This document shows positions 62,873 to 64,000 of a stretch of DNA of 64,000 nucleotides, piece after piece. The DNA is from Candidatus Sericytochromatia bacterium (GTDB lineage Bacteria > Cyanobacteriota > Sericytochromatia > S15B-MN24 > JAQBPE01). Both the position numbers and the translations under genes were made by a program. The notes below the pieces were generated by a model. The model had not been told where the DNA came from. It was given only the letters and a program-made list of their open reading frames with translations, and searched no databases. Position 1 is the stretch's first letter, and every line of letters begins with the position of its first letter. The stretch covers positions 832 to 64,831 of the forward strand of contig JAYKJB010000117.1 in the NCBI GenBank assembly GCA_035285325.1, read 5' to 3'.

Positions 62873-63115
62873 GTGCCACTGATCGCCCGTCGCCAGATCC
62901 TGACCAACCTGCAAGCCAGTCTTGCCGCCCTGCCCGGCCAACCCCCGGAGGCCGTGCTCAAGGCGGCGATCGCCGCCGCCGGCCTGAAGGACAAGGCCAG
63001 CTACAGCCCCGAGGAGACGGCCCAGATTGCCCGCGCGGTCATGGCGCGCGCCGTGAACGCGGGCGAGCGCGCGCTGACTGGCTGGCAGGCGGAGGTCAAG
63101 CCAGAAGAGGGCTGA
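62873..63115 (+). CDS. Small hypothetical protein
   Basis: 80-aa ORF with high GC3. No RBS or domain support. Confidence 0.25.
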   Translation: MPLIARRQILTNLQASLAALPGQPPEAVLKAAIAAAGLKDKASYSPEETAQIARAVMARAVNAGERALTGWQAEVKPEEG

Positions 63116-63156
63116 CGCCCGCTTCCGCGACGGACAGACGAACAGGAGACCCGGGG

Positions 63157-63651
63157 ATGGCCCCCTTGATGCGCTATGATGAGGGCGCATCGCCTTGCCC
63201 CGGAACCTGCCCCATGCCTCAGCCGCTCCTGCGCGAATCCCAGCAATGGCTGGACCGAGCCCTGGTTCATCTGGCCTACAGTCAGCGCAAGCTGGCGGAC
63301 AGCGTTCCCCGCGTGGCGGAGATGGACGAGGAGACGCTGGAGGCCTGGGAAGGGTTCGTGGCCCGGTTTGCCCGCGCCAGCGATCTTTTCTTGCAAAAAT
63401 ACCTGCGCACGCGCGTCCTGTATGACGACCCGGCCTTCCGGGGCTCGCTGCGAGACCTGCTCCACGCCGCGGAAAAGGCCGGCTACATCGCCGATGCCGA
63501 AACCTGGCTGCAGATTCGCGAACTGCGCAATCTGGCGGTTCACGAATACGGGGGCGAGGCGATCGATGCGGCCCTCGCGCAGATGATGCGCCTGACGCCC
63601 CATTTGCTGGCCACGCGACGGCTCTTCGACGATGCGCCTGACGCCCGCTGA
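63157..63651 (+). CDS. HEPN-domain protein (HepT/DUF86-like toxin candidate)
   Basis: AGGAGA RBS. R-x4-H HEPN motif in IRELRNLAVHEYGG. Confidence 0.6.
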   Translation: MAPLMRYDEGASPCPGTCPMPQPLLRESQQWLDRALVHLAYSQRKLADSVPRVAEMDEETLEAWEGFVARFARASDLFLQKYLRTRVLYDDPAFRGSLRDLLHAAEKAGYIADAETWLQIRELRNLAVHEYGGEAIDAALAQMMRLTPHLLATRRLFDDAPDAR

Positions 63652-63988
63652 AGTGGCCGCCCTGCTGGCCTGTGCCCGCGCGCTGTTCACCGGTGCCTGG
63701 ACCATGGAACTGTTCGGCAGTCGGGTCGATGACCAGCTGCGCGGCGGGGACGTGGACCTGCTGGTGACCTTCGAACAGGACGCGGACTGGCGGCAGGCGC
63801 TCGCCCAAAAGGCCCTCTATCTGGCCCGCGTGAAGGGTCAGCTGGGCGAACAGCGCCTGGATCTGCTACTGACCACGCGGCAACGGGCGGCCGAGGATCC
63901 GTTCATCCAGGCGCTCGGCGATCGCCGGATTCGCCTGGGCGAGGGAACGGACGCATCCCCCGCAGAATCGCCCTGCACCGAGGCGTGA
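63632..63988 (+). CDS. Minimal nucleotidyltransferase (MNT antitoxin candidate)
   Basis: GS-x9-DxD motif LFGSRVDDQLRGGDVDLLV. 20-bp overlap with the HEPN gene. Confidence 0.65.
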   Translation: MRLTPAEVAALLACARALFTGAWTMELFGSRVDDQLRGGDVDLLVTFEQDADWRQALAQKALYLARVKGQLGEQRLDLLLTTRQRAAEDPFIQALGDRRIRLGEGTDASPAESPCTEA

Positions 63989-64000
63989 CAGCAGGGTGAA

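Overview
This is a 64 kb window of a high-GC (about 70%) bacterial chromosome. It is gene-dense, and most genes carry GGAGG-type ribosome-binding sites. I found no rRNA, intact tRNA, CRISPR array, transposase or integrase. I support about 50 protein-coding genes; the many long ORFs lying antisense to real genes are GC-driven artefacts.

Main content, in order:
- 1..2478: a 5'-truncated secreted beta-propeller protein.
- 2624..3565 and 3673..4647: a DHH phosphoesterase and a retinol-dehydrogenase-like SDR.
- 4839..6272: an NhaD Na+/H+ antiporter.
- 7052..10848: a lipid-modifying operon of carotenoid-cleavage-oxygenase-like, fatty-acid desaturase and cyclopropane-fatty-acid synthase genes.
- 11797..12384: a lipoprotein-signal MsrB.
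- 14248..19785: a four-gene minus-strand cluster of a mini-lipoxygenase, a small catalase-related heme protein and two polytopic membrane proteins.
- 20004..22801: a DUF1501/DUF1800 pair.
- 23178..27081: sbcDC, facing a divergently transcribed secreted thermonuclease at 27183..28325.
- 30289..32240: an aldo/keto reductase, a DUF423 protein and an O-methyltransferase.
- 32434..33501: a C39-like peptidase-domain protein with a run of about 20 prolines.
- 33502..34633: a roughly 1.1 kb non-coding region holding a low-GC CT-rich tract with an intrinsic terminator, a 34-bp x8 tandem array directly abutting a 19-bp x7 array, a tRNA T-arm-like 11-mer and two strong hairpins. A His-rich small secreted protein gene follows at 34634..34894.
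- 36605..38554: an ABC-F ATPase.
- 38587..43516: two paralogous lipoproteins flanking a glycosyltransferase-methyltransferase fusion.
- 43635..50136: an AddB-like Fe-S nuclease and an AddA-like helicase with no nuclease domain, separated by an oppositely oriented lipoprotein gene.
- 50180..55471: two tandem paralogous lipoproteins of about 860 aa with atypical composition.
- 57784..58980: an esterase.
- 59841..61719: a kce-kdd beta-amino-acid catabolic pair.
- 63157..63988: a HEPN/MNT pair.

The most interesting candidates for an undescribed system are the lipoxygenase/catalase-related/membrane-protein cluster, and the repeat-rich non-coding locus with its putative CT-rich small RNA.

All coordinates are approximate to within a few bases; gene ends follow the ORF track, and starts are my reinterpretation where stated.
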